Shown in pieces: positions 12,935 to 29,678 of a DNA stretch of 64,000 nt (the stretch's first letter is position 1; the number at the start of each line of letters is the position of its first letter). Where the stretch lies: contig NC_043004.1 in NCBI RefSeq assembly GCF_006345805.1, forward strand, positions 103,850,001-103,914,000, read 5' to 3'. This DNA comes from Octopus sinensis (Eukaryota). The notes beneath the pieces are model-generated. The model did no database searches and was not told where the DNA came from. It was given only the letters and a program-made list of their open reading frames with translations. Position numbers and translations under genes: made by a program.

Positions 12935-14221
12935 CGAGGGGCGTTCGATAAGCAATGCCCCTGACCAATTTCCCGTAGTAGTAGAGCAACGAAACTTGGC
13001 ACAGTTATTAGTCTTTTTCTACATAGGAACCACCCAGAGTTACGCATTTCTCCCATCGTTTGATGCAGCTCTGGAGACCGTTTTTGTAGAAGACCCCAGC
13101 TTGGTCCTCCAACCACGACGTGACTTCAGAAATCAAGGCTGCATCATCTGGGAAACGCTTTCCTTTCAAAAGCAACTTCATGGCTGGGAAGAGGTGGAAA
13201 TCAGAGGGTGTAAGGAGAGTAGGGGGGCTGGAGGAGGAGTTCATAACCGGACACCTGTGCTTCTGATATGGCGACACGCAAGTTGTGGACCGGAGCGTTG
13301 TCCTGCAGGAGGAGGATGCCTTTGCTGATCTTGCCCCGCCTCTTGATTTTGATAGCTTCTCTTAATTTCCTCAAAAGTGAAGCATGATAGGCTCCTGTAA
13401 TTGTGGTACCCTTTGCCAGGAAATCTGTCATTACTACTCCGTCCTGGTTCCAGAAGACTGTGAGCATGACCTTGCCAGCGGAGGGCTGCACCTTTGCCTT
13501 CTTTGGAGGAGGTGAGTCACGGTGCTTCCACTTCATTGACTGGTCTTTGGTCTCTGGATCATAGTGATGGACCCAGGTTTCATCCTGTGGAATCAGTCTT
13601 TTGAAAAATTTTTATTCATCTTCTTGGCACATCTCCAAATTCATCCTCGAGCACTCGACGCGTTCTTGCTTCTGGAAAGGTGTGAGCAACCTGGGAATCC
13701 ATCTGGCAGACACCTTTTGCATATGCAAATGGTCATGAATGATAGTTTCCACAGACCCGGTACTAATCTTGACCTCATGGGCTATTTGGCGAATAGTTAT
13801 GCGCCGATCTTCCAAAATGGCAGCCTCAGCTTGACGGACAGATGCCTCATCAATGGCAGAAGTGGGGGACCAGATCTGGGAGCTGTTTCCACAGAGTTCC
13901 GACCATGTTTGAATTCACGATGCCAGCGTTTTACAAGGTCATATGATGGGGCATCATCACCATAAGTTACTTTCATTTCATCAAAAGTCTCCCGTGGTGT
14001 GCGTCCTTTCAAATACAAAAACCGGATCACTGCTCGACACTCAACAGGCTCCATTTCACACTTGACTCAGTCCAAACACCTGTAAATCAGAAACCACAAT
14101 TAGTTCAGAGCTGTAATTTGCCACTTAATCTATAGAGATATAAATAATTGCTCATGCAAAATGTCAGCTAGATCAAACTACGGCAAGTGGGTCAGGGGCA
14201 TTACTTATTGAACGTCCCTCG
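12935..14221 (-). mobile_element. Full-length mariner element (irritans-like), frameshifted transposase
   Basis: About 32-bp TIRs CGAGGGGCGTTCGATAAGCAATGCCCCTGACC, TA at both ends. MEPVECRAVIRFLYLKG, WIPRLL, DETWVHH, QDNAPVH, YSP..PSDFHLF across ORFs 13008-14054. Confidence 0.95.
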
Positions 14222-14613
14222 TACATACACTTACACATACACACATGTACACACATACGTACATGTGTGTATGTGTATTTATATAAATAAATGCATAGTT
14301 ATGTATAAACACAAATGCATATGCATATAGCTCACATAGATACTCACTCACATATATATACGAACGCACACACCCAGCACACACGCACACATATTTGCAT
14401 TTACTCAGTCAGGTACATATGCACACATGTTCTCACACGCTTTTGCGCCGGTGCCTATTTGAAAAAGCAACACGCCGACATCGCTTGTGCACTAGCTTAC
14501 ATAATGAAGCCTCCCATCGAAGACGATGGGAGGGTTCATTATATTAGTGTTCAGCTTTTGCCGGATGATCTGCACAAACGATTTAATTATAGTGGTCAAG
14601 TGCGTGTGTTGTA

Positions 14614-15181
14614 TTGGGTCGTCAGGAAAGTTCGTGCCGATTTTTAAAGGAAAGAAAAAGGTCAATGAATACTTGCCATTACATTTTTAATCAACCAGAT
14701 ATGAACCATTTTGATGCACAATGCGTCTCCATCTTTCCTTTAACTTGAAAATACCCTCTTCCCAGAATTGAGATGGTTTCATGGCAAAGAATTCATCAAG
14801 CTATCTTTTTATGTCATCCAAGGAATTGAAATTTTTACTATGAAGACTATTCTCCAGAGACCTGAATAAGTGGAAATCCGAAGGAGCAATATCTGGTGAA
14901 TATGGAGGGTGGGGTAAGTCATCCCAGCCAAGCTGCAGCAGTTTTTGTCTGGTTCCCAAAGTATGAAGTGCCGAAAATGAACTTTCTTATCTTCCGTTTA
15001 AAAAAGGGTTACAGAATTAACACAGGTTATAGGAACATAAACCTTCTTCCACGAAAAGATAGTGTAAACTGTGCTCTAAATGGAGGTGTAGTCAAATCCT
15101 ATTTTATGGACTCAACCATGTTCTAAAATAAGTCGAAAGGTAAGCTACTGTAAATCGGCACGAACTTTCCGGACAGCCCAA
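14614..15181 (-). mobile_element. Internally deleted mariner, second family
   Basis: 30-bp TIRs TTGGGTCGTCAGGAAAGTTCGTGCCGATTT / AAATCGGCACGAACTTTCCGGACAGCCCAA with TA TSD. Minus-strand C-terminus PPYSPDIAPSDFHLFRSLEN...FWEEGIFKLKERW. Confidence 0.92.
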
Positions 15182-15551
15182 TACGTTAATTCGGCTCTCT
15201 CCATGGAATCGACGAATCCTGAATAGGTGCACGGTGTGTACCACGCGTCAGGTGTCGAAGTGATATCGCAGAACAACGTGGAATAACGTGTTTTGCGCAA
15301 GAACACAACGTACCACCCGGTTTAATAATTGATATCATGATCGCATGATCGCGACTGCAACACCGTAGCCACTAGGCCATGCGTCATCATAAGCTTCCAT
15401 ACGCCCACTTTTGCTCATATTTATACTATCAGTGAATAGCAATTTGGGTAGCGTTGCGATGCACACGGATATATGTGCTTATACTCGCACGTACACAATC
15501 ACGTGGTATATAGTCCCAAACACACACACACACACAGATGCACACACACAT

Positions 15552-15592
<41 letters not shown>

Positions 15593-15879
15593 TGTATGCG
15601 CAAACTGTCACGCTGACAGATTGAACTGTCCCGACACAAAAACACAAAAGCCTTATCAATTTGTTGGTGATCGTCTTCTTGTAAAATAATAAATCTTAAA
15701 AAGTAAATGGTGTTACATAAGCACATGACTACACACATATATTCATGTATACACGTACATACATATTTACATATTTACACAGATGCATTTACACATATAC
15801 ATACATTCATGCATACACTCACACATACATATTTACATACATATATACAAATCTGCATGCAACTATTTTATTTATTTAT

Positions 15880-16160
15880 GCGCCCTTTTCAAGCCTAGCC
15901 ATGCTCATGGGTCCGGTTTCCCGGTTTCTGTGGCATATATGTTTCCCCCAACTGGACGGGACGCCAGTCCATCGCAGCGTTACTCAAGAAACAGGAAGAG
16001 AGAGTGAGAGAAAGTTGTGGCGAAAGAGTACAACAGGGGTCGCCACCTCACCCCCTCGTGGAGCTTTTAGGTGTTTTCGCTCAATAAACACGCACAACAC
16101 CCGTTCTGGGAATCGAAACTGCGATCCTCCAACCGCGAGTCCGCTGCTCTAACTACTGGG
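15880..16160 (-). mobile_element. tRNA-derived SINE (family D/E-type)
   Basis: Head AGTAGTTAGAGCAGCGGACTCGCGG...GTTTCGATTCC; 3' part shared with 36146-36391. Confidence 0.75.
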
Positions 16161-16910
16161 TCATTGCTCCTCCACCTACATGCAACTATGCATACATATA
16201 TTCGTATCTACATATATACATGCGTATATACATACATGCGTATATACATACATGCATACATACATACACACATACATACATGCGCACATGCATACATACA
16301 TGCATACGTACATGCATGCATACATTTACACGTACATACAATCATACATGTATACATGCATTCATATATACATATATGCATGCATACATATACACACACA
16401 CATACATGTATGCATACATACGTAGATACATACGTAGATACATACATACATTTATACATACATTTATACATACACATACATACATACATGTATGCATACA
16501 TACATACATACATACATACATACATACATACATACATACATACATACATACATACACAGATGGTGATATAATGGTAGCAGTTCTTCGTATCAGGATACCA
16601 TGATGAGAGCTGGTTATTTAAAGTGGTTATTTAAACCGATCCTTCAACGACAGGTGCTGTTGGGGTAAATGTTTAGGCTTTGGTCAGATGTGTGCCTCGT
16701 GATGACTCTTTCCTTTCTTTGAAGTATCTCATCCACCAAAGTTGCACTGATCCTCTCAAAATTGTTTTGCGGCGGTCTTGATACAATCTAGTTACACTGC
16801 CCCCTCTCTACTGTCACTCCTTCCCACTCTGTAGGATCTTCCTGTCTGTTGAGCAGGTATTTCCTGTGTGTCATTTGCGCTGTAAAATACCCCCCCCCCC
16901 ACATACACAA

Positions 16911-20314
<3,404 letters not shown>

Positions 20315-20600
20315 GGTTAGATTCCAACCAAGGCTACAGTAGCAAAGTCTATTCTCACTGCCTCGATGTCATGGGTACATTCCCGGCCAGTGTCTGCAAT
20401 AAAGTTGTCCATGTAAGTGTGACGACGGTCTCCCACGAAGTGGGTTCCACTAGACCGATTCAGATGCCTCCTGTTCAGGGCGGCACATACAGTGACCAGA
20501 TAGTCGCAGCCATCTTTGCTTGATCTTCTCGCTAACTTTCTGCACGTCTCTATAAAAGCATTCTTTTGTCATATGTTGCTGCCATTTCACATTTAAGGTA
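20315..20600 (-). mobile_element. RTE-X-like LINE 3' fragment
   Basis: LNVKWQQHMTK...KIKQRWLRLSGHC on the minus strand; related to 55060-55570. Confidence 0.7.
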
Positions 20601-21504
20601 TACATACTTTGTACATGCATACATACGTACATTCATACATGTAGACGTAATACAAGCGTACATACGTACATACATACGTACGTACGTATGTACATACATA
20701 CATGCATTAATACATATGCGCATACATACGTACGTTCGTATACACATAAACATACGTACGTACATACATACATTCATACATACATAAAACTCTAAGAAAC
20801 GAAACTTGTCCACGTTCTCCATATAGAATCAATCAGTTGTACAGTTAAAATTTGCAGAACGTTCCAGAAATTCTACATGTGAATTTCCCGTGCTCAAAAT
20901 ATAAAAAACTTGTAAAAGACTCCGGTGATCTCAGCCGTCATGTGAATTTCTTGGGCGAGAGATATGCATGCATCCACATATTTATATATAAAATGCACAC
21001 AGACACGTACACACACACACATACACACGCACATACACACACATGCACTCACGCACAGTGAAGGCACATACACATATAGAATGCATGAACACACACATAC
21101 ATATGCACATGCACACGCACACACATGCACACACGCACGCGCGCACACGTGCACACACACACACACACACACACATGAGCATTCATGCATACACGCATGC
21201 ATGCACGCAGACATCACTCACACATACGAACACACATATGCACACAAACATGCACCCACACGGACAAACACACAGAGAAGCACACACACACACTCTCATA
21301 CACATACACACACACACACGCACACTCACACACACACATCCAGGACCGCAAACATCCGATGTGTGTGTGTGTGTATGTGTGTGTAGGAGATGGTTGTTGA
21401 AAAGTTCCTGACTTTGGGAAAATGGAAATACTGGAGGATCACTTAACTATGATTTTATCCAACACATTCTCCTGTATGATTCATACACTTATTGCAGCTG
21501 TCCT

Positions 21505-21684
21505 TTGATACACAACAACGACAGCAACAATATAATAATAATAATAATAATGATGATGATGATGATAATGATAATAATAATAATAATGACAACAACAAGA
21601 AAAATGATGATAATAATAATAATGAAAATAATAATAATAATAATGATAATAATAATAATGATAACAATAATAATAATAATAATC

Positions 21685-21727
<43 letters not shown>

Positions 21728-21990
21728 TCATAATAATAATAATAATCATAATAATAATCATAATAATAACAATAATAATAATGATGATGATGATGATAAT
21801 AATAATCATAATAATAATAAAATAATAATAATAATAACAATAACAATAATAATAATAATGATGATGATGATAATAATAATCATAATCATAATCATAATAA
21901 TAATAATCATAATCATAATAATGATGATGATGATGATGATGATGATGATATTAATGATGATGATGATGATGATGATAATAATAATAATAA
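21505..21990. repeat. Compound (AAT)/(GAT)/(CAT) microsatellite
   Basis: Direct reading. Confidence 0.95.
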
Positions 21991-21991
21991 A

Positions 21992-22543
21992 ATGCCCTGA
22001 TGCAGTACCAGGCAGTGGCTCTCATGGCTTCTGATCTTAACTGATTGGAAGTGTTATCATGTACATTGTTTTGTCTTGGTATAAAAGATGGGCTACAGCA
22101 AATATTCTGCTCAATACCACAGATTTGCTTGTCAGTTGTTTGACCTTAACCAGTTGAGCATGTCCCTTAGTGCCTGACGATATGTGCATCTCTGATCACT
22201 AGTAGAAGTAGTGGGGGAACATCATAACCATGTGTTGAGAGGGATTCTTTGGGGTTTGGATAATTCACCCTTGGAAACATGGGTGTTTCGTTCAACATCC
22301 TTAAACAACTCTTATTCAGGGACCTTTTGAGCGGGATGGGCTACTTGACCAGAAGAAAATTCTGAGCCCCACCTGCAAGGTCATGTGCTGTTTATCTTCA
22401 TATGAAATCACCATGTCGCGCACATATGGTTGTAATGCATGCGCCTGCTACACCCTTATCAGACGGATAGTCATGATGGGTATACTGGGCTTCGTATATT
22501 TTACCCCAGTGTCACTTTGATGGCTTGTACTGCTCTCTCACTC
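21992..22543. mobile_element. About 550-bp non-coding element embedded in (AAT)n, copy 1
   Basis: ATGCCCTGATGCAGTACCAGG...CTGCTCTCTCACTC with (AAT)n on both sides; homologous to 38285-38824. Confidence 0.85.
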
Positions 22544-22559
22544 AATAATAATAATAATA

Positions 22560-22599
<40 letters not shown>

Positions 22600-23173
22600 T
22601 AATAATAATTAATAATAATAATTAATAATTAATAATAATAATTAATAATAATAATAATAATTAATAATAATAATTAATAATAATAATAATAATTAATAAT
22701 AATAATAATAATAAATAATAATGATAATGATAATGATAATAATGATAATAATCTTCACTTTATTCATCACTGAATAATTATATAAGAGACTGGGGACAAC
22801 ACGGGATGATACAACACAAAAAGATTGGATTTAATCGTGTAAAAAGGTAATAAGTATTAAAATTATAACAAATTTATCGCCAAAAGAGGTCCCAAGGGCT
22901 GCTCGTGGAAACCCCACAAAAACCACGACCATCCTGACCTCTTGGGTAAGTGCCCTCTCCACTTCATCTACTCTCGATCTAGATGCGCATCTTAGAGTTC
23001 ACTCGGGCCATTCACGCTATATTCACCCACCTTGTCACAAAATTGCTGGGAGGCGCACTTCCCTCCCTGTGTATGTATGTATGTACGTATGTATGTATGT
23101 ATGTATGTATGTATGTATGTATGTATGTATGTATGTATGTATGTATGTATGTATGTATGTGTGTATGTATGTA

Positions 23174-23206
<33 letters not shown>

Positions 23207-23239
23207 ATGTATGTATGTATGTATGTATGTATGTATGTA

Positions 23240-23270
<31 letters not shown>

Positions 23271-23578
23271 ATGTATGTATGTATGTACGTACGTACGTGT
23301 AAATGTATTTCGTATTTGTATTTGGCTTGCAAGATTCTCGATGTGAATCCGTGCGTTGAAGCAAATCTTGTTTTATCTTAGGAATCCCGTTACACCAATT
23401 ACATTAAACATACGCACTGACTCAATTTCACTTCTCCATTGTTATTAAATTGGTTAGTTGTCTAATTAAGTACTGGGGTCGATTTTTTCAACGGAACTTT
23501 ATAAGACGACGTCCCAGCATGACCACTGTCCAATGATTAAACAGAGTAAAGAAAACAGATGTGTGTGTGTGTGTGTGT

Positions 23579-23616
<38 letters not shown>

Positions 23617-24769
23617 TGTGTGTGTGTGTGTGTGTTGTGTGTGTGTGTATGTGAGTGTGTGTGTACACATACATGCACAAAGGCCTGAAATAAATCATTT
23701 CAGCATGAGGACAGCTATCTTGGACCAACCAATGACTGGTCACATATTGTTGTCTTCCTCCTGGGATTATCCTGACAACAAAGAGCAAATACCCTCTCCT
23801 GACTATGCTTGCCAGTTTGAAGGTTTATACTAAGAGTAGGCTCATCCATTGGAGTCTCAGTTGCCGTTGCCGTCCTCGTTTCAGTAAAGTACAATTATTA
23901 AAACATATATATATTAGCGACAGAGGCAGTATTGTTATCGAAAGGTAATATTTATCCCCACTTAAACGTACATGCTCTATTAAAACAAAGTTGGTAACTA
24001 CATTAGTATAGTTTGATCTAACAGAACATCCACGTTCGAGTTGGAATTGATATCACCTCTAAATACATTGGAGTATAGCATCTCAAACCATACTTCACTT
24101 TCCTCTTTTAGTGAACTTGAAGAAGTTGTTGGGGGCTTGGCCCAAAGCTGTCTCAGCAAATTGGTGCTGCTTAAACAAATATAAAAGGACGTCTATACAA
24201 GGATGACAAAATTACTCAAATAATTCAGTTGGTGAATTCAAAATGCATGGCTTCCGTTCAAAGAGACGCTGTGTACAGCTTTCAAATCATCAAAGTTTCA
24301 ATTGATATGCCTCCACCATGAATCTGAGTCACCTTATCTCAAAAAATGATCTCTCCAGTGAATAAGCTTGGAAAAGCTCTTTCGGGATTGAGATTAGAAA
24401 GGCTCTTCACGATATTACAGTTTCTGTTGAAAAACTACTTTAGAAATCTGAGCAAATTCTACCCACAATAGGAATGATGTAAGAAAGAAATTATATAAAA
24501 TGAGCTTAACTAATTATCGGCCTTCTCGGAGGATTTGGATTTCAACAACCTTATTGAGCGATTCCTCTAACTGCTGTGGCGATATGCCTCACTGTTTTGA
24601 CTTCCTCCAAACCAACTGGTTGTCCTTAATAAGTTCAATTTTTTTGATCCTACGTAATTCACCTTCACCATCCAGCTTATTTCGTTCGACATCAGGGTCC
24701 CCGATGCAGGTGGATAGTAATTTGCTGTCGGTGGACGGTAAATTTAGCTTCTCGAGGCATACCGACTCC

Positions 24770-24990
24770 TAAGGGCCGGTTTCCCTGGTTTCATGGCTTA
24801 GATATTCCCCACCTGGACGGGATGCTGGCCCATCGTAGGATTACTCATTTTTGCCAGCTGAGTGGACTGGAGCAATGTGAAATGAAGTGTTTTGCTCAAG
24901 AACACAACGCGTCGCCCGGTTCACGAATTGAAACCACAACCTTACGATCATGAGTCCAACACCCTAACCACTAAGCCATGCGTCTCCACA
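24770..24990 (-). mobile_element. tRNA-derived SINE, family D
   Basis: TGGCTTAGTGGTTAGGGTG head and GTTTCAATTCG B-box-like motif; body shared with 36146-36391. Confidence 0.8.
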
Positions 24991-25337
24991 ATCGGTGGAA
25001 GAGGTGGAGTGTTGTTCGCAAACGTTTGCGAACAAAAGTGACATTATCTGTCCGATTATTTTCTGTCCAAAATAAAGGAAGCATGCAATATACAGCACAA
25101 CATGATGTGTGCTGACTGATTCAGCATGTGTTAGTCAAGCTTTCAACTCTACTGATTGTCTACCTTCTTTTTCTTCTTGAAGTACTGGTGCACGGTGGAC
25201 CTAGCTTTAAAGAGGTAGGGTTGCTGCAGCATGCGAAAACTTCTCCCGCAGCCTTTATAGTTTTTACTCAGTCAACCGCTCCCAAATTGAGCAGACCAAC
25301 GTGGCTGCAGACATAGACACTAAATGAAACAAAAGTT

Positions 25338-25520
25338 CGCAGGAGTGGCTGTGTGGTAAGTAGCTTGCTTACCAATCACATCGTTCCGGGTTCAGTCCCA
25401 CTGCGTAGTACCTTGGGCAAGTGTCTTCTACTATAGCCTCGGGCCGACCAAAGCCTTGTGAGTGGATTTGGTAGACAGAAACTGAAAAAAGCTGCAGTCA
25501 AATGACTGAAACAAGTAAAA
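25338..25520 (+). mobile_element. tRNA-derived SINE, family B, internally collapsed
   Basis: GGAGTGGCTGTGTGGTAAG...GGTTCAGTCCC head joined directly to the terminal GCAGTCAAATGACTGAAACAAGTAAAAG. Confidence 0.8.
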
Positions 25521-26412
25521 GTGTACTACCGTAGTATAGAGTGATACATATCTGAATATCAAGTTGAAATTCAGAAGCGTTTTAGCGTCAAGTTAGGAAG
25601 ATATCGAGTAAATTTTTAACAGCTGACATGATCGGAAACTTAACGCAGAACAAGCTAGAGCCGTTCAATTTTCGAAGTATCTTTTGTTCTGCTCATTGTA
25701 AATGCAAAAGATCCTGAATTACATCTTGAGTTATTTCTTTGATTATTCTATTAAAGTAAGAATTTTTGTCTTTCTTAGCACAAAAAAACAAAACGTTATG
25801 AATACAGCAATGTAAGAATTTCTTGTTTCGAGCCCTCATTTCAGTAATTATTGCTTGCTGATAGAATCGGTTATCGATACCAGAACAACTATTATTTTTT
25901 GCACATTACCTAAACCCTTTCCGTCAAGTTCATGTTTTCTTCAAGTATTGTTCATGTATTGTAGTGCCAATAATCATAAAACAGAGACCAAAACAAATTG
26001 GCATTATCTATTTTTGCGAATTTGCTCCGTACGAACTTCTTTGGCCTTCAGTAGCACTCGCGTAATCTATTACCAAGGTTTTTGGTAAAGGCTCCACATA
26101 GAAAGAGGTGTGGTAAGAAACTGGGGATTCTGGCAGATAGCCAAAGCACCCTTTAATCCGGCTCGTCTTATTGCCGGTCTATTTATATGCTGTTGTTTCT
26201 TCCGTATGTATGTATGTATGTATGTATGTATGTATGTATGTATGTATGTATGTATGTATGTATGCATGTATGTATGTGTGTGTGTAGGGGGGCACGGATG
26301 GATGTTCGCTTTCTCTTTTCAATTCAGAGTTAATTTTGACTGACCATCTGCATCCTGTTTTGTTTAAATTCCCTTAAATCTTAAGGTCTTGCTGATTTTT
26401 AGAGTTTCAGAC

Positions 26413-26624
26413 ATCCTTTCTACTATGGACACAAGGCCTTAAATTTTTGGGGAAGGGACTAGCCGACTACATCGACCCCAGTATCTCACTGGTACTTAAT
26501 TTATCGACCCTGAAAGGATGAAAGGCAAAGTTGACCTCGGCGGAATTTGAACTCAGAACATAGCGACTGGCGAAATACCGTTAAGCATTCGTCCGACGCG
26601 CTAACTATTCTGCCAGCTTGCCGC
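26413..26624 (-). mobile_element. Family A SINE
   Basis: Same central domain as 8169-8402. Confidence 0.85.
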
Positions 26625-26659
26625 ATTTTTATAGTCTGAGATATCGTGATCATTTGCAG

Positions 26660-26930
26660 AGTATACAATCAAGGAGTTTTGAGTGAATGCAGCCAAGGAA
26701 TCGCATTCTCTCCCCAAGAATCGAAGTTCACTCATACTTTGTTCCAGACGGGTTGGTACATATCCTGTTGAAACTGAATTTGCAAAACCTTTATCGAATG
26801 TACATAGATGTCCTCTTTTTCCTGTATTTTTATAACGACATTAGCGTCCAGAGAGTAACTGATTCCAACAACAGCATATCTTTTTCCTGTCGTCCACACA
26901 ATATCTGGCTGTTTGTGTGTTAACTGGGTG
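26660..26930 (-). mobile_element. Old RLE-type LINE endonuclease remnant
   Basis: Minus-strand HKQPDIVW...LDANVVIKIQEKEDIY and GYVPTRLEQSMSEL, resembling a PD..D/E..K RLE C-terminus. Confidence 0.55.
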
Positions 26931-27195
26931 GTGTTTTAACATTAGTTCTAAGGTAGTGAGCCGGTAGAATCGTTAAGTACGTTGGACAAAAATGCTCAAC
27001 GACATTTCTTATAGCTGTTTACATTCTGAGTTCAAATTCTGATAGGGTCAACTTTGCCTTTTATCCTTTCGGGTCGATAATATCGCTAGCCTTTAACTCA
27101 GAAACTGAGCGGCGGCCTGTTCCGTGGGACTGGTGCGATTTATCATTTATACGCCATGGAAACCATTATGAGTCCTGGGGCCAAAAGTGAAAAGA

Positions 27196-27283
<88 letters not shown>

Positions 27284-27833
27284 CTTAGTTTTACCTAATC
27301 TTCAAATTTAAAATTTTCTATCCTAAATCAACGAAACAAATCTGAAATGTAGAAAAGAAATGTTTGGTTGTAATGTAAACGGTAATCATAATCCCTCACT
27401 GGGTCACAGCATGAGTCTATCTAAACCCCATTCTTACACCATAAAGTCATATCTTGAGTGTTATCTCCACCGCCGCCATTTCTCAGCTTGAGGTTCGATA
27501 ACTTCACACTTAGTGCACTCTCGTCAGAACAAATCAAAACAAATATGAACAAATCAACAAACAAAATTACAAGTATTCTGCAGTAAAATCATATTTATGG
27601 CATGAAGAATACTTTATATCTCTATGTCACCGCTGGTCGTCTGCTCCGTCATATGTTTATATAGAAAGACTCCGAAAAAAAATAGGCTCAAGGAAGCCAT
27701 TGTTGTCGTTGATGTTGTTTAGCCTAAGTCAACCTGATTCAGCACACCAACGATAAAATGACATTCCAGTTGAGGCTGTACCGCCTATTTCTCAGGCATA
27801 GTGTATCTAGGGCTATAATGTTACACACACACA

Positions 27834-27864
<31 letters not shown>

Positions 27865-27895
27865 CACATCATATTATATTACATTATATTTTATT

Positions 27896-28096
27896 AGGCG
27901 GCAGAATCGTTAGCACGCCGGGCAATATGCTTAGCGGTATTTCGTATGTCCTCACGTTCTGAGTTCAAATATTGGCGATGTCGACTTTGCCTTTCATCCT
28001 TCGGGGTCGATAAAATAAGTACTAGTTGAGTAAATGGGTCGATGTAATAAATTTCTCCCCTTTCCCTTACTTGCTGGCCTTGTTCCAAAATTTGAA
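27896..28096 (+). mobile_element. Family A SINE
   Basis: GCAGAATCGTTAGCACGCCGGG...GCCTTTCATCCTTCGGGGTCGATAAAATAAGTAC. Confidence 0.85.
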
Positions 28097-28108
28097 AACA
28101 ATATGTGT

Positions 28109-28283
28109 ATATAATATGTACGACGGACTTCTTTCAGTTTCCGTCAACCAAATCCACTCACAAGGCTTTGGTCGGCCCGAGGCTATAGTAGAAGACAATT
28201 GCCCAAGGTGCCACGCAGTGTTACTGAACCCGGATCCATATGGTTGGTAAGCAAGCTACTTACCACACAGCCACCCCTGCGCC
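28109..28283 (-). mobile_element. Family B SINE head
   Basis: Reverse complement of the 25338 head. Confidence 0.85.
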
Positions 28284-28311
28284 TTTATATTCATAAACAC
28301 ATATATCTATA

Positions 28312-28478
28312 CAGTGAAAACCACTTATAATGTAGAATATGGTACCATACGGTTACTGTTATCAAATTTAGTGGTCTTCAAACATACCACACTATCGTCA
28401 TTTCCTTTGCTTGATATTATCAGAGAATTATTGTTACCTACACTCTCCCAAAGCGATCAAGATAAGTGGTTGCTACTC
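28312..28478. mobile_element. Possible small Tc1/pogo-type MITE
   Basis: TA|CAGTGAAAACCACTTAT against ATAAGTGGTTGCTACTC, an imperfect 17-bp inverted repeat. Confidence 0.35.
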
Positions 28479-29617
28479 TTTCTCTCTCTCTCTCTCTCTC
28501 TCCTTTCCTCCTTCCCTCCTTCTCTCCCTCCATGTGTGTCTGTGTGTCTGTGTGTGTGTAGGAAGCAACGATCGTTTAGCATGCACTGTCACGTAGCTTC
28601 GGACAAATTTTGAGTGTTTTTAAAGGTAAGTGTTTAGTTATTGAGGGGTAGAATTCGACGATGTCAAATTTCTGTAAGTGTTTGTTATCTACATTGTTGA
28701 ACTAGTTAACCACGGATTAGGTGTTATTTTATTGAGAGATGTTTCTTGATTTTTCGACACTTATGGTGATTTTTATCTGAAATTGTCTTAATTATTCTGT
28801 CGATTTCTCTCTAAGTGGGGTTCAGTTGTTTACAGGTGCAGTTATGATGAAAATTTTGCATGTGGTCCTTAAGTGTTATTCAGTATGTGCCAAACACTAT
28901 TTGTTCAAGCTTATCATCTATGTTTAATGCCATTGCTAGTGCTTTAGCTTAGTGTTTCTTATTGGAATGTGGGCTGCAAAGGTTGAAAATGGTATGGACA
29001 AATCTCCATTTTGAATGAAATTACGGTAGTTTATTTTATTGCCATAGTTCTCAGAAATCAGTGGACTGAGAAAAGATTTCTTCAAATGTAAATTTTATTT
29101 TGGTGGGGCCAAAAATATTTCCGTAATTTTTTTGAGGATATGGTGTATTTGCGAGTGTGAAATCCCGGCCCCTGGTCTCTTGTTCCACGAACATCAAGGT
29201 ATCGTAGTTATTTTCTTTTTGGTATGTGTTTGTTGTGTTTTTTATGGTGTTCAAAAAATTTTTTATATCTGTTTTTTTTTTGTTGGTTTCCTTTGTATGG
29301 TTTATCTTTTACTTCTTTCAGTCACTGGGCTGCGGCTATACTGGAGTACCACCGTGAAGGTTTTAGTCGAACATGTGTGTGTGTGAATGTATGCATGATT
29401 TATGTGCGTGTGTGTGTGTGTGTTCGTGTGTGTGTGCGCATAATCCAGCTTGATCTCAATGTCATGGCTGAAACGCATAAAAGAAATACGTACACACTTA
29501 TATACATATGTATATATGTAGAAAGATAGATAGACACATACAAACACACATATATATTATATGTATGTATGTGTGTGTGTATGTCTATCCATCTATCTTT
29601 CTACACATATACATACG

Positions 29618-29678
<61 letters not shown>

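Noticed and set aside
22860-23060. Possible L1/Tx1-like 3' end (SNFVTRWVNIA)
   Set aside because: Rests on one short recalled motif.
24120-24770. Possible Tc1 N-terminal and other TE remnants
   Set aside because: Only vague similarity in broken frames; cannot be assigned without a search.
27400-27530. Minus-strand AAATGGCGGCGG start/YY1-like motif (MAAVEITLKI)
   Set aside because: The ORF stops after 10 codons with no suitable donor; a single motif is insufficient.
29138-29204. Possible coding exon (GYGVFA, SET-like) ending AAG|GTATCG
   Set aside because: Too short, weak acceptor, no further similarity, no partner exons.
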